A stretch of DNA of 64,000 nucleotides from positions 6,944 to 70,943 of the IMG/VR virus record IMGVR_UViG_3300020193_000013. One strand, given 5' to 3'. Every line of letters begins with the position of its first letter. Position 1 is the first letter of the stretch. The position numbers were made by a program, and so were the translations under genes. Below, piece after piece: positions 1-9,721 of this stretch. Below the pieces are notes generated by a model. The model was not told where the DNA came from, did not search any database, and was given only the letters and a program-made list of their open reading frames with translations. Origin of the DNA: a virus.

Positions 1-279
1 GCACTTAGATCTAACATTAAGGTAGCGGTGGCCGCAGGGAACAGTAATTCAAATTTAAATGAAAAATGTAATTTCTTCCCAGCATGCCTTAAACCTAACA
101 AAAATTTACATGTAGTCGGTAGCGTAGACAAAGGAGGCAAGAAAATGCAGCATTCAAATTACGGCTCAGCCGTAACAAATTGGGCTTTAGGCGACAGCGT
201 TGAAGATCAAAACGGTAAGCCGCTTACTGGTACTTCCCAGGCTACGGCTGTTTTTAGCGGTCTATTACTAAAGGACTAA
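1..279 (+). CDS. Subtilisin-like (S8) serine protease, C-terminal part, truncated at window edge
   Basis: Frame is open from base 1; VAAGN oxyanion-hole motif and GTSQAT catalytic-Ser motif. Confidence 0.8.
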   Translation, partial: ALRSNIKVAVAAGNSNSNLNEKCNFFPACLKPNKNLHVVGSVDKGGKKMQHSNYGSAVTNWALGDSVEDQNGKPLTGTSQATAVFSGLLLKD

Positions 280-281
280 AT

Positions 282-491
282 ATGATTATTACTATTACAT
301 TAAAAGATATAGCTTTACTATTGACGTTGCAGGTTATCATAGCGTTTACAACAGCCATGATTGTTCAATTTATTAATTACGATCCATATAGGCCATTTGG
401 TTTAATTGGCTATAATGAAGACAGAAACAATCCAGGTTTTTTTAAAAAAATAAAGTTTTTTATAGGGCACGTTTTAGGAAAGAACTATTAA
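282..491 (+). CDS. Small membrane protein
   Basis: 69-aa ORF with an N-terminal hydrophobic segment; tightly packed with neighbours. Confidence 0.55.
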   Translation: MIITITLKDIALLLTLQVIIAFTTAMIVQFINYDPYRPFGLIGYNEDRNNPGFFKKIKFFIGHVLGKNY

Positions 492-492
492 T

Positions 493-762
493 ATGAAATG
501 TCCAAGCTGCTCATCATTGATGAAAACTGATGCTTTGTTTACCAGTGTTAAATATGAATGCGGGAGTTTGTATTGTGGCCTAAAAGAAAGTGATGGTTGG
601 TTTTTTTGGCCAGAATTTAAAGAGAGGTATCATACAATAAATAAAAGCGTTTTAGTTGAATACATAAATAAAAGTAACAGCTCTGGTAGATTAAGGCTGG
701 ACAACTTTAACCATTTTGAATACGACAAAACTCTAAAGTTTAGATTTATTGAGGAGGATTAG
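493..762 (+). CDS. Small Zn-ribbon-like hypothetical protein
   Basis: CPSC...C...C motif; N-terminus resembles 40381..40746. Confidence 0.6.
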   Translation: MKCPSCSSLMKTDALFTSVKYECGSLYCGLKESDGWFFWPEFKERYHTINKSVLVEYINKSNSSGRLRLDNFNHFEYDKTLKFRFIEED

Positions 763-955
763 ATGTCCAATAAAGATTTAATTAAAAAGATTGAAACACG
801 TTTATTAGATACTGCACAGTATTGTAGGTCAGCAACGGAAAATAGGTCAGAAGACGCGCCTAAAGGTCCTTAGACGTCCGTTCCTGGTTCTATTGGGTTA
901 AGATCGTTAAGGGGCCTTGAATTAATATTAAAGCATAACCATCAATAAAAGGAAA

Positions 956-1156
956 ATGACAATGGACAATGAAAAAAACAAACCGCTTGAAGACGAAGCT
1001 CAAAAAAATCGTATTAAAATAAATAAATATGTTTTTGCTCAACTGTACGATAACAATAAAAAAGTAAGACTTATTAACGAAAAAGAAGGCACTTTTATAT
1101 CATTAAAAATAAATACGCTGTTCAAAACAGTACAGAAAGTAAAAGATAATCAATGA
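956..1156 (+). CDS. Hypothetical protein
   Basis: ORF with AAGGA RBS; ATGA overlap with next ORF. Confidence 0.5.
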   Translation: MTMDNEKNKPLEDEAQKNRIKINKYVFAQLYDNNKKVRLINEKEGTFISLKINTLFKTVQKVKDNQ

Positions 1157-1413
1157 AATTAAAAAAGAACCCGTTTCTCTTGCTTGCAATCCTATCTAGT
1201 AGTATTGTTCAAAGGCAGATTCAGGCATACAGGTTCACACAAGACATTATAGACACCCTTGGAAATCGAATAAATGAACTGTTCCTTCCTGTGCCCAAGG
1301 ACAGGAAGTTGCAGGCCAAAGTAATTAAAGATGTGAAAAACGCAATTCATGCGAGGGCTGAGGCCCGTGAAGCATCACGCCTCGCTCGCATGGAGGTAAT
1401 CGGGGAACTTTGA
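1153..1413 (+). CDS. Hypothetical protein
   Basis: 86-aa ORF coupled to previous gene. Confidence 0.5.
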   Translation: MKLKKNPFLLLAILSSSIVQRQIQAYRFTQDIIDTLGNRINELFLPVPKDRKLQAKVIKDVKNAIHARAEAREASRLARMEVIGEL

Positions 1414-1460
1414 TTCGGACCAGCCACCCTCTAACATAAAAATATCAAGAATAATACCCC

Positions 1461-1679
1461 TCACTTGTATTTTTCCATTTCAAGCATACAATATTTGCAT
1501 TGCATCACTTTAGATGAAAAACAGATAAATTCGTTAAAATTATGGCAACATTGGTTCTGCAGCTCTTTTATATCTTCGTATGCTTTTTGTAGTTCTTCGG
1601 CCTCGCACTTTGATAGATTACCATATCTGCCAGTATATTTACTAATAATGGCCCTGCAGTTATCTATGCTTTTATACAT
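1461..1679 (-). CDS. Small Cys-rich hypothetical protein
   Basis: Follows endolysin gene directly; CCH...CKYC motif. Confidence 0.55.
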   Translation of the reverse strand: MYKSIDNCRAIISKYTGRYGNLSKCEAEELQKAYEDIKELQNQCCHNFNEFICFSSKVMQCKYCMLEMEKYK

Positions 1680-1681
1680 GG

Positions 1682-2128
1682 TCAGTTATATTTTAAATCG
1701 TATTTGCCATCCCAGATATCATCTGCTTTGGCTGGTTTGGTCGAAGGTACATAAATTCTTTTTTTAGACTTTGGCGGTACCATTTGAAAATGGACCCAAA
1801 TTGGAGTCCATCTCTTATCTTCTAGGTAAATTCCTAGTTCTTTCATTAAGTTAAGGTTCAATAAAACCCACTTCCATAATGAGCCATCCGTATCTCTAAT
1901 GTCTACGGCAAGACCTTTTAAATGATTTGAATTTTTAGCAGCATTTGAAGTACCTTCGTTAATTTCAGCAGGCCGCCATCCAGACTCAACGATCATAGGT
2001 TTTCCGTAAGCCGTGCGTACTTTGTTCATTATTTTAAGCAATTTATCAATATTATCAGAAATCTCTTTGGTATATTCTTTAGGATATTTTTTGTCCCTAC
2101 CCATTAAAATTTCATCTTTTGAGATCAT
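1682..2128 (-). CDS. Peptidase M15A-type endolysin
   Basis: SGWR, SNHLKGLAVDI and WVH zinc-ligand motifs typical of M15 peptidases. Confidence 0.85.
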   Translation of the reverse strand: MISKDEILMGRDKKYPKEYTKEISDNIDKLLKIMNKVRTAYGKPMIVESGWRPAEINEGTSNAAKNSNHLKGLAVDIRDTDGSLWKWVLLNLNLMKELGIYLEDKRWTPIWVHFQMVPPKSKKRIYVPSTKPAKADDIWDGKYDLKYN

Positions 2129-2139
2129 ATACTATAAGA

Positions 2140-2613
2140 TTAATTAATCCTGATAAAGTAATTTATGGTGACGTTTTTAACACGCGTTTCTATGCCAGTT
2201 CTTGGTGTACCATTAACTGTATCTGAAATTGGATCGCTTACAGGGGTAGAAGGAGCATAATCAAATCCCATAGAGCCGGTTCCTAATTCTGTATAAGGCG
2301 AGGTATTAGCATGAGTCGCCTGAGTATGACGGTGCCCCTGAAACTGATCATTTTGAAAACTACCCAAAGGCCTTTCTCCAGCTGGGTCCTGGTTGCCATC
2401 AGACCTAGAATTGTTTTTCCCTCTCAAAACCTGGCCACGAAGATCTGGAACAGATGTATTCCCAGTTATAGAAGTATATTTACTGCCAGTAACCGATCTG
2501 CCATCAGCTAGAATCCACCCAGTTCCAAATTGATCTTGAAATTGGGCTTCAGTAATCATGGCAGGCTGAACAGCACCTATTGCAGAAGATGAGCTATCAA
2601 AAACTTTTGGCAT
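2140..2613 (-). CDS. Tail-collar-domain short fibre protein
   Basis: GWILADG, PDLRG..LRG, GSFQ.D.FQGHRH, C-terminal NYFIRIN. Confidence 0.85.
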   Translation of the reverse strand: MPKVFDSSSSAIGAVQPAMITEAQFQDQFGTGWILADGRSVTGSKYTSITGNTSVPDLRGQVLRGKNNSRSDGNQDPAGERPLGSFQNDQFQGHRHTQATHANTSPYTELGTGSMGFDYAPSTPVSDPISDTVNGTPRTGIETRVKNVTINYFIRIN

Positions 2614-2615
2614 AA

Positions 2616-3080
2616 TTACTCCTGCACCACTGTTATAGAATTTGCTGTACCATTGTCAGTTATAGATAAGCTGGTACCTTGAAAGCATTCTTTAATAAAA
2701 TTACCATTTGAGTTTATAACTATATTAGACATAAATCTTAAATTTTTTATTGTGCTATAATTAGATCCACCATTTAAAGTAAAAACACCGTTAATATTTG
2801 TACCATGTCCTTGGCCTTCAATAAAATAATTTCCAGATATGGTAACAGCTTCATTATAAGTGCCGCGTAGTACTAAAATTTTACCACCCACTGGAATACT
2901 AGAAAAAGCAGCTGCAAAAGTAGTATGAGTAGCTGCACCACTGTTAACTTGCAAAGTAGACCCTATGATAGCATCATATAAGGCAGTTATTCTATTTGCT
3001 ATTACCGGTGATTCTAAAGTATCAGCTTCAGTAAACTGTTTTATTTGGGCCTTTTTATTTATAATTTTAATAACTGGCAT
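2616..3080 (-). CDS. Small beta-helix-like tail-associated protein
   Basis: ILVLRGTY...IEGQG pattern typical of pectate-lyase-like beta-helix starts; located in fibre cluster. Confidence 0.55.
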   Translation of the reverse strand: MPVIKIINKKAQIKQFTEADTLESPVIANRITALYDAIIGSTLQVNSGAATHTTFAAAFSSIPVGGKILVLRGTYNEAVTISGNYFIEGQGHGTNINGVFTLNGGSNYSTIKNLRFMSNIVINSNGNFIKECFQGTSLSITDNGTANSITVVQE

Positions 3081-3088
3081 AATACACC

Positions 3089-3661
3089 TTAATATTTAAT
3101 TATATAGTTTACGTAAGCATTTTTTGGTCGGGATTCGTTGCCTCCCGAACTAACCAACGGATTTCCAGACCCGCTCGATGTGCTTTCACTGGCATCAGCT
3201 TGATTTTCACTATGGGTCACCATTGGGCCTGACATGTCTACTTGTGGAAACCCATGAGAGTCGTGTCCTCCACCAGTCTCATGACTAAGACGAATACCAT
3301 GTTTATGTAGTTTAAACGCATCTGCTTGTATGCTGCCAACATTGTTACCAGTATTTCCACCAGCCGCCATGGCAGTTCTTGCCCCTGTATCCGGGTCATT
3401 TCCTGCCGAAGCGTCAACACCCCTTAAAAATCTACCCCTCAAGTCAGGTAAATTAAATCTAGAGCCGCCTGGTGTACCAAAAACAGTTCCTGTAGTTCCG
3501 TCACCAAATGACGTACCTATTTTTTGATATAAAGCAGCATATTGAGTTTGGCTTAAACTTCTACCATCGCAAACAAGGTAACCATTTGGAGAAGAAACGT
3601 TACCCCATGCTTTTATTGTTCCTGGTAAATCACCTGTATTTTTTCCTACAATTTTAGCCAT
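3089..3661 (-). CDS. Tail-collar-domain short fibre protein
   Basis: PGTI, GYLVCDG, FNLPDLRGRFLRG, HKH, ESRPKN..VNYIIKY. Confidence 0.9.
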   Translation of the reverse strand: MAKIVGKNTGDLPGTIKAWGNVSSPNGYLVCDGRSLSQTQYAALYQKIGTSFGDGTTGTVFGTPGGSRFNLPDLRGRFLRGVDASAGNDPDTGARTAMAAGGNTGNNVGSIQADAFKLHKHGIRLSHETGGGHDSHGFPQVDMSGPMVTHSENQADASESTSSGSGNPLVSSGGNESRPKNAYVNYIIKY

Positions 3662-3669
3662 AAAAAAAC

Positions 3670-3984
3670 CTAATACTTAATAATATAATTCATTGCAATT
3701 TTTCCCGCACCTTGCGTGGCAGCTTGTCCCACACCTTGAGAAACAGCTTCAGTTGCACCCGCTTTTACGGCCTCGGCTGTACCAGTTTTAGCGGCCCCGG
3801 CTGTACTTACTGCTACTGAACTACCACTACTCAAAGCCGCTCCGATACCGCCGGTAACCGCGCCAATACCGGCACTAATAGCCGCCCCCTTTAAGATATC
3901 ACCAAAACTCTCCCCTTTAGCAATACCGACCCCAGTTCTAACAACTGCCCCGATAGCCATAGGTATAAAAATTGCTGGGCCCAT
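3670..3984 (-). CDS. Gly/Ala-rich hydrophobic protein, pilot/ejection-protein-like
   Basis: 104 aa rich in G/A with hydrophobic stretches; ends NYIIKY. Confidence 0.6.
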   Translation of the reverse strand: MGPAIFIPMAIGAVVRTGVGIAKGESFGDILKGAAISAGIGAVTGGIGAALSSGSSVAVSTAGAAKTGTAEAVKAGATEAVSQGVGQAATQGAGKIAMNYIIKY

Positions 3985-4499
3985 TATTCATCCCCCCTAA
4001 CTAAACTAAACATGCACTCGTCGTGAAATGTATTTTTCCAAAACAAACTTTTCCGAGAAACACCCTCAAACGTAAAACCCCATGTCTTTAAAAGCCGTGA
4101 GATGTGGGGTCTATTTGTTAATGTTCGTGTCCAAATTCGAGTATAATCCATGTAATCAAAAACGTAATCTTTAATTTGTCGGCTTGCTTCCACTAAAACC
4201 TGTATTTTATTGGGGCATGTTTTTATCATTAATAACCCATACTCGACGGATTTGTTTTGAAGATCAAACGAAGCTAAAGCACACATACCTACTATTACCT
4301 CATCAACACGTATAAAATAAGAAGCACAGTGCATGTTTGCAACGGCCTGATCATCGCCCCATAAAAATTCAGGTGGGTAACGCCGAAAATAATCCTCATA
4401 ATAAGGATCTCTTGACCAGGAGCGTATAATATGGGCCTGGTCGGCGGTTATTACCGCTAACGAAATTACTGGGCTAGTTTTTTGTAGTGCTAAGGTCAT
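3984..4499 (-). CDS. GNAT acetyltransferase, RimJ/RimL-like
   Basis: VEYG, RIWTRTL.N....LLKTWGFTFEG..RK...FHDE pattern. Confidence 0.8.
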   Translation of the reverse strand: MTLALQKTSPVISLAVITADQAHIIRSWSRDPYYEDYFRRYPPEFLWGDDQAVANMHCASYFIRVDEVIVGMCALASFDLQNKSVEYGLLMIKTCPNKIQVLVEASRQIKDYVFDYMDYTRIWTRTLTNRPHISRLLKTWGFTFEGVSRKSLFWKNTFHDECMFSLVRGDE

Positions 4500-4501
4500 A
4501 A

Positions 4502-6280
4502 TTAGTATTTAATGATGTAGTTTAAGGATAAATTAACAGGTCTATTTTCTGTTGCTGTTGGCACAACTAATGATGAATCAAATCCTATCCGATCTGAGGT
4601 TTCTGGCCCGCCGCTATGCGTTGATGATCCTGTATTAAGACCTGCACGATAAAATGCCCCAGAATTATTGTTGGGATCGGTATTATTTAAATTAGCAAAA
4701 AAAGTTCCTGTAATATTTCTAATTGCATCGCCCTGCTCAACCCCTAAAATGCCAGAAGGTGTTATACCACCAATAACAGTTCCATGAATACCAGCACCAC
4801 GAATAAACATACCACGACAATCCGGTACTTTAAAATCAGTACTATTGGTGCCGCCATAAATATTTTGAATAACATTATAAAGAGCAGAATATTCAGGATT
4901 TGTATTTAAATTTAAAGTTTGACCTTGACACAACAAATACCCACTTGGCACAGAAGACCCGGCATAAGTTAAAACCGTACCAACAGGATTCATTAATTGT
5001 ACAACTTGATTTCCAATATCAATAACGTTTGCTGGTCTTATAATTTCAACAGAATAATTATACCCGCTATAATCGGAATCTAATTCAACGGTGTCGCTGG
5101 TTATTTCGTTATAAAACGCATCACTTGCACTAGTGGAACCAGCTACATATCTAGGTATTTTTTGACCATTAATGAAAACTTCTAGTTGACCATTAACCGT
5201 GCCTGGATTAATGCCCATCGTGTAGGAAGGAAGGCCAGTTATTCTAGTTTTAGAAGAAGCTACTGTAGGCTGGCTGCAATTAATTGGGGTAGTTGAAGTA
5301 TCGGTAAAACAATAAGATTGATTTAACGCAAAACCACCGCTAATTGTTGTAGCTGAATTATGAAAAAATGCTTCATAACTCAATAAATTAACAGTGCCCG
5401 AACCAATCAAGCTTGGTGAAGCAAAAAATCTTATATATAAACTTGTATTAGCAGTTGGCAACGATACTATTTGTTTTGTATCTGTTAATCCAGACCTACT
5501 GCTTACTAATGAGTAATCTGAAGGTACTCCAGAAGCTGACGCAGTAAATGAAACTTTTGGGTTTGATGTAGTATCTGGTATGTTACCAGAAGTAGCATCG
5601 TTATAGTTTAAAACCAGATCTCCTATTGGATCAGTATAAACTTGAGATATTGAAGCTTCTGTTCCACCGTTATTAAAGTTATTTATATCAATTGTATGCA
5701 CTGCTTGCGATATAGTTCCTTCGGCATTTGTCGGGTTAGTTAAAAATCCCGTTTCAATAGTAAAAGATTGTTGATTTGTAACAGTTATAATTTTTCTAGC
5801 TTCATTGTTGTATATGATAACGTCGCCAGTTTGAACAGTAAAAGTTGGTGCAGCAGATAATGTTACTGCAGTTCCAATTGCGCTAATAGTTTTGGTTACA
5901 CCGTCAAAAGCTTCGTAACTTATAGTATAATATTGACCGCCGCTATGCGTAGCTTTAGTTATAGAGGTTTGTATTCCATCTGTAGCTGAATTTGTGGCAG
6001 AACTAAAATCATCGGCAAAGCTAGCATTATAAACTAGCGAATCTAAACCGTAATCACCACCAGTGCCACCAGTGCCAGCGCTACCAGAACCCGCAGGAAT
6101 CCAAACGCCAGATTTTTTAATGTAAATTTCAGAGTTTATACCAGACACCCTAACGTAAATGTCACCGTCAGTTCCATCGGCATTATTGGGCAAAGAAGCC
6201 CCTGAAGTCAACGTAGAATATGGAGATATCGTTAAGTCCCCAGTTCCAAGTCTTATCTTTTCCGTTTTAACTTCTGCCAT
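4502..6280 (-). CDS. Tail fibre protein with C-terminal collar domain
   Basis: GTDGDIY motif; C-terminal PVGTV, GYLLCQG, FKVPDCRGMFIRG, ENRPVN..LNYIIKY. Confidence 0.85.
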   Translation of the reverse strand: MAEVKTEKIRLGTGDLTISPYSTLTSGASLPNNADGTDGDIYVRVSGINSEIYIKKSGVWIPAGSGSAGTGGTGGDYGLDSLVYNASFADDFSSATNSATDGIQTSITKATHSGGQYYTISYEAFDGVTKTISAIGTAVTLSAAPTFTVQTGDVIIYNNEARKIITVTNQQSFTIETGFLTNPTNAEGTISQAVHTIDINNFNNGGTEASISQVYTDPIGDLVLNYNDATSGNIPDTTSNPKVSFTASASGVPSDYSLVSSRSGLTDTKQIVSLPTANTSLYIRFFASPSLIGSGTVNLLSYEAFFHNSATTISGGFALNQSYCFTDTSTTPINCSQPTVASSKTRITGLPSYTMGINPGTVNGQLEVFINGQKIPRYVAGSTSASDAFYNEITSDTVELDSDYSGYNYSVEIIRPANVIDIGNQVVQLMNPVGTVLTYAGSSVPSGYLLCQGQTLNLNTNPEYSALYNVIQNIYGGTNSTDFKVPDCRGMFIRGAGIHGTVIGGITPSGILGVEQGDAIRNITGTFFANLNNTDPNNNSGAFYRAGLNTGSSTHSGGPETSDRIGFDSSLVVPTATENRPVNLSLNYIIKY

Positions 6281-6296
6281 ATAATATCCTATCGTT

Positions 6297-7424
6297 TTAA
6301 AGTTTAATAATATAATTTAATCCCATATGTGCTGGATGAGTTTGCGTATAAATTCCACTAGAAAATGTATGATTGTGAGAACCATTTTGTGTCGTTTGGG
6401 TAAATGGGGCACCATACCAAAACGCGTAATTATCACCGGTGTTTCCAGAAGACATATAATTGCCGATTCTAGTAAAAACACTAAAATGACTATGTCTATG
6501 ATTGTTTCCAGAAACAATAGTTAAATTATTTACCGCAGTTCTGTCAGAATCTTTTGCAGCTAAAGTAGCAGAGTACTGTTTACCGTTAATCAAACTGCCG
6601 TGAACTCCAGCACCTTTCACGAATAAACCTTGCAGGTCTGGCAAGTTGAAATTACCGTTTGGTGTAGGTCCAGGTGCGAATCCAGACCCTCCATAAAGAT
6701 AAGTTATTCCGTCCCAGTACAGAGATGCTAAATCTGGGTATAAAGCTGCGCTTTTAGGACTTCCATCACATAATGAATACCCGCTTGGAATTGAAAGAGA
6801 ACTACCACTAAATGCAATTATAGCACCAGAAGGAACTATATCTGTGGTTCCAATGCTACCTAAAAAACCACTTGTGCCTGGTGCCCAATAAAAGCCGCTA
6901 GGATTCCACCAAAGGTTGTTTCCTTGCCGGACTGCAATAGGTATACATATGGTACCCTGGAAGGAAGAGTTTTGTTCGTTTTTTAAAATTGGCATTCCAG
7001 AACCTACAACCGCCCTTTGTCCTGCTGTTCCCCCGCTATTGTAAATAGTTATGTTACCGGAAGTTAATATGTTTCTGTTTAATTCAATATAAAAAATGTC
7101 ACCGTCGTTTGCTAAATTTACTCCAGCAGCAAAATCACTATAGTTTAACACTAAGTTAACTACTTGACCGTTTGAATTTTGCATGAATTTAATGATAATA
7201 TCAGTATTAAAATCAGGAGTTATTTTATTTAAATCCCAAGTTACGGTCCCAGTTGACATTACTACCAAGCTTTGTTTTCTTAAGGTATCTTGCATTGCGG
7301 TAACTATTTGATTAATTACGGTATCGGCATTTTCTCGCACCTCAGTATTTAATAACGGATAAGCATTATCGGAAGACACTTCCGATAATTTAATAAATCC
7401 TTTTAATTTATCTAGTAAACCCAT
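6297..7424 (-). CDS. Tail fibre paralogue 1 (collar domain, HxH tip)
   Basis: Collar motif FNLPDLQG; homologous to the next two ORFs. Confidence 0.85.
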   Translation of the reverse strand: MGLLDKLKGFIKLSEVSSDNAYPLLNTEVRENADTVINQIVTAMQDTLRKQSLVVMSTGTVTWDLNKITPDFNTDIIIKFMQNSNGQVVNLVLNYSDFAAGVNLANDGDIFYIELNRNILTSGNITIYNSGGTAGQRAVVGSGMPILKNEQNSSFQGTICIPIAVRQGNNLWWNPSGFYWAPGTSGFLGSIGTTDIVPSGAIIAFSGSSLSIPSGYSLCDGSPKSAALYPDLASLYWDGITYLYGGSGFAPGPTPNGNFNLPDLQGLFVKGAGVHGSLINGKQYSATLAAKDSDRTAVNNLTIVSGNNHRHSHFSVFTRIGNYMSSGNTGDNYAFWYGAPFTQTTQNGSHNHTFSSGIYTQTHPAHMGLNYIIKL

Positions 7425-7433
7425 TTTACGCCT

Positions 7434-8576
7434 TTATGCCTTTACTATATAATTTAATCCCATATGTGCTGGATGAGTTTGCTGCTCGGCTGATGAGATA
7501 GTGTGAGAATGGTTTGGATCTGTACTGACAGACCTGGCCGTAAGTTGATCCCATACTTCCTGTCTTCCTCCCATTTCAATAGTATCACCACCGCTTGCTC
7601 TACCGAGTCCGCCAGTTACTCCTGAGTAATCATTAAAATGGTTATGCCTATGTAATCCATTAGTTGAAGTAGTTAATTGATTTGGGGCAGTTCTGTCAGA
7701 ATCTTTTGCAGCTAAAGTAGCAGAGTATTGTTTACCGTTAATTAGAGTACCGTGCGATCCAGCACCTTTCACGAATAAACCTCGCAGGTCTGGCAAGTTG
7801 AAATTACCGTTTGGTGTAGGCCCTGGAGTAAACCCACTACCGCCATATATGTAATCAGTACCCGTCCAATAAATTGTTGCCAGCGCGGGGTATAAAGCTG
7901 CGCTTTTAGGACTTCCATCGCAAAGAAGATACCCGGCGGGCGCATTGGTTTCTTCGCCTGTAAAAGTAAGTATAGAGCCTGTTGGTATTGGATCGGTAGT
8001 ACCTATACTGCCAATTATACCACTTGTGCCTGGTGCCCAATAAAAGCCGCTAGGATTCCACCAAAGATTTACACCCTGCCTAACAACAAGAGGTATACAT
8101 ATGGTACCTTGGAAGGAACCTGATTGATTATTTGTTAAAGCAGGAAGGCTTGATGCGACAACGGCCCTTTGACCTACATTAACTCCGCCATTGTAAATAT
8201 TTACAGTAGTACCTGTAATAACAGATCTGTTTAATTCAATGTATAAAATATCACCGTCATTTAAAAACGGTATCCCAGAATTAAAATCAGCATAATTTAA
8301 TACTAAATTTGTAACTTGACCCGTTTGACTTTGTAAAATTTTAATAATAATATTAGTATTTGCATCTAAGGTTAATCTATTTAGAGACCAAGTGACAATC
8401 CCCGTAGAAGTAGCTACCAAACTTTGTTTTTTTAACGTATCGTCTAAAACTAAACTTGATTGGGTAATTACGGTATCGGCATCCTCTCTTGATTGAGTAT
8501 CAAAGAGAACATGTTTGCTGTCTACAGACACTTCCGATAATTTAATAAATCCTTTTAATTTATCTAGTAAACCCAT
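7434..8576 (-). CDS. Tail fibre paralogue 2 (collar domain, HxH tip)
   Basis: Collar motif FNLPDLRG; HRHNH and HSHT motifs. Confidence 0.85.
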   Translation of the reverse strand: MGLLDKLKGFIKLSEVSVDSKHVLFDTQSREDADTVITQSSLVLDDTLKKQSLVATSTGIVTWSLNRLTLDANTNIIIKILQSQTGQVTNLVLNYADFNSGIPFLNDGDILYIELNRSVITGTTVNIYNGGVNVGQRAVVASSLPALTNNQSGSFQGTICIPLVVRQGVNLWWNPSGFYWAPGTSGIIGSIGTTDPIPTGSILTFTGEETNAPAGYLLCDGSPKSAALYPALATIYWTGTDYIYGGSGFTPGPTPNGNFNLPDLRGLFVKGAGSHGTLINGKQYSATLAAKDSDRTAPNQLTTSTNGLHRHNHFNDYSGVTGGLGRASGGDTIEMGGRQEVWDQLTARSVSTDPNHSHTISSAEQQTHPAHMGLNYIVKA

Positions 8577-8577
8577 T

Positions 8578-9714
8578 TTATACTCTTACTATATAATTTA
8601 ATCCCATATGTGCTGGATGAGTTTGCTGCTCGGCTGATGAGATAGTGTGAGAATGGTCACCCCCAAAATCGGTTAACGGGACGCCGCCTGGATAGTGACG
8701 CCACCCAGATCTGTCAGATCCTGCTTCACAATTACGTATTCCGTTAGGACCTAATCCATCATCAGCATAACTATGGGTGTGTGAACCGCCTGGGTCTACA
8801 ACTAAATTATTTACCGCAGTTCTGTCAGAATCTTTTGCAGCTAAAGTAGCAGAGTACTGTTTACCGTTAATCAAACTGCCGTGAACTCCAGCACCTTTCA
8901 CGAATAAACCTCGCAGGTCTGGTAAATTAAAGCTACCGGGCGGCGTTTGTGTGCCAATCGGTGCAGTGCTTCCGCCGTAAATATATGATCCAGTAGATGG
9001 TCGCCAAAACAAAAGAGCTAAGGCTGGAAACTGAGATGCAACTTTAGGGCTTCCATCGCAAAGAAGATACCCGCTTGGAACATCTGTTATATCACCTGAA
9101 AATTTTAGTATAGATCCAGTAGGAACTGGTGGCGTTGAACCAATCGCACCAATTATTTCAGTTTTACCGGGCGGCCAATAAAACTGATTTGGTACCCACC
9201 AAAGATTTACACCCTGCCTAACAGCAAGAGGTATACACATAGTACCTTGAAAAGGTCCTGTTTGGCTGTTTGTCATAGCTGGCAACGAAGAAGCCACTAA
9301 AGCTCTTTGACCAATATTAACTCCACCATTATAAATAGGAATGGTCCCGGATGAAATTAGGTTTCTATTAAGTTCCACGTAAAAAATATCACCATCGTTT
9401 AATAAATCAATTCCAGAGGAAAAATCACTATAGTTTAACACCAAATTAACAACCTGTCCGTTTGGGTTTTGTAAAAATTTTATTATTATATTTGTCCCAA
9501 CATCTAAAGAGATTTTATTTAATGACCAAGTTACATTTCCTGTAGATGTAACTAATACACTTTGTTTTCTAAGCGCATCTTCTAATGCGCTTACCGATTG
9601 AGAAAAAACAGTAATTGCGCTTTCATTCGATGCAGTGTTAAGTAAAGTATTAGCACTATCTGTTGACACTTCTGATAATTTTATAAAACCTTTTATTTTG
9701 TTTAACAGGCTCAT
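8578..9714 (-). CDS. Tail fibre paralogue 3 (collar domain, HxH tip)
   Basis: Collar motif FNLPDLRG; HTHS and HSHT motifs. Confidence 0.85.
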   Translation of the reverse strand: MSLLNKIKGFIKLSEVSTDSANTLLNTASNESAITVFSQSVSALEDALRKQSVLVTSTGNVTWSLNKISLDVGTNIIIKFLQNPNGQVVNLVLNYSDFSSGIDLLNDGDIFYVELNRNLISSGTIPIYNGGVNIGQRALVASSLPAMTNSQTGPFQGTMCIPLAVRQGVNLWWVPNQFYWPPGKTEIIGAIGSTPPVPTGSILKFSGDITDVPSGYLLCDGSPKVASQFPALALLFWRPSTGSYIYGGSTAPIGTQTPPGSFNLPDLRGLFVKGAGVHGSLINGKQYSATLAAKDSDRTAVNNLVVDPGGSHTHSYADDGLGPNGIRNCEAGSDRSGWRHYPGGVPLTDFGGDHSHTISSAEQQTHPAHMGLNYIVRV

Positions 9715-9721
9715 AAAATAC

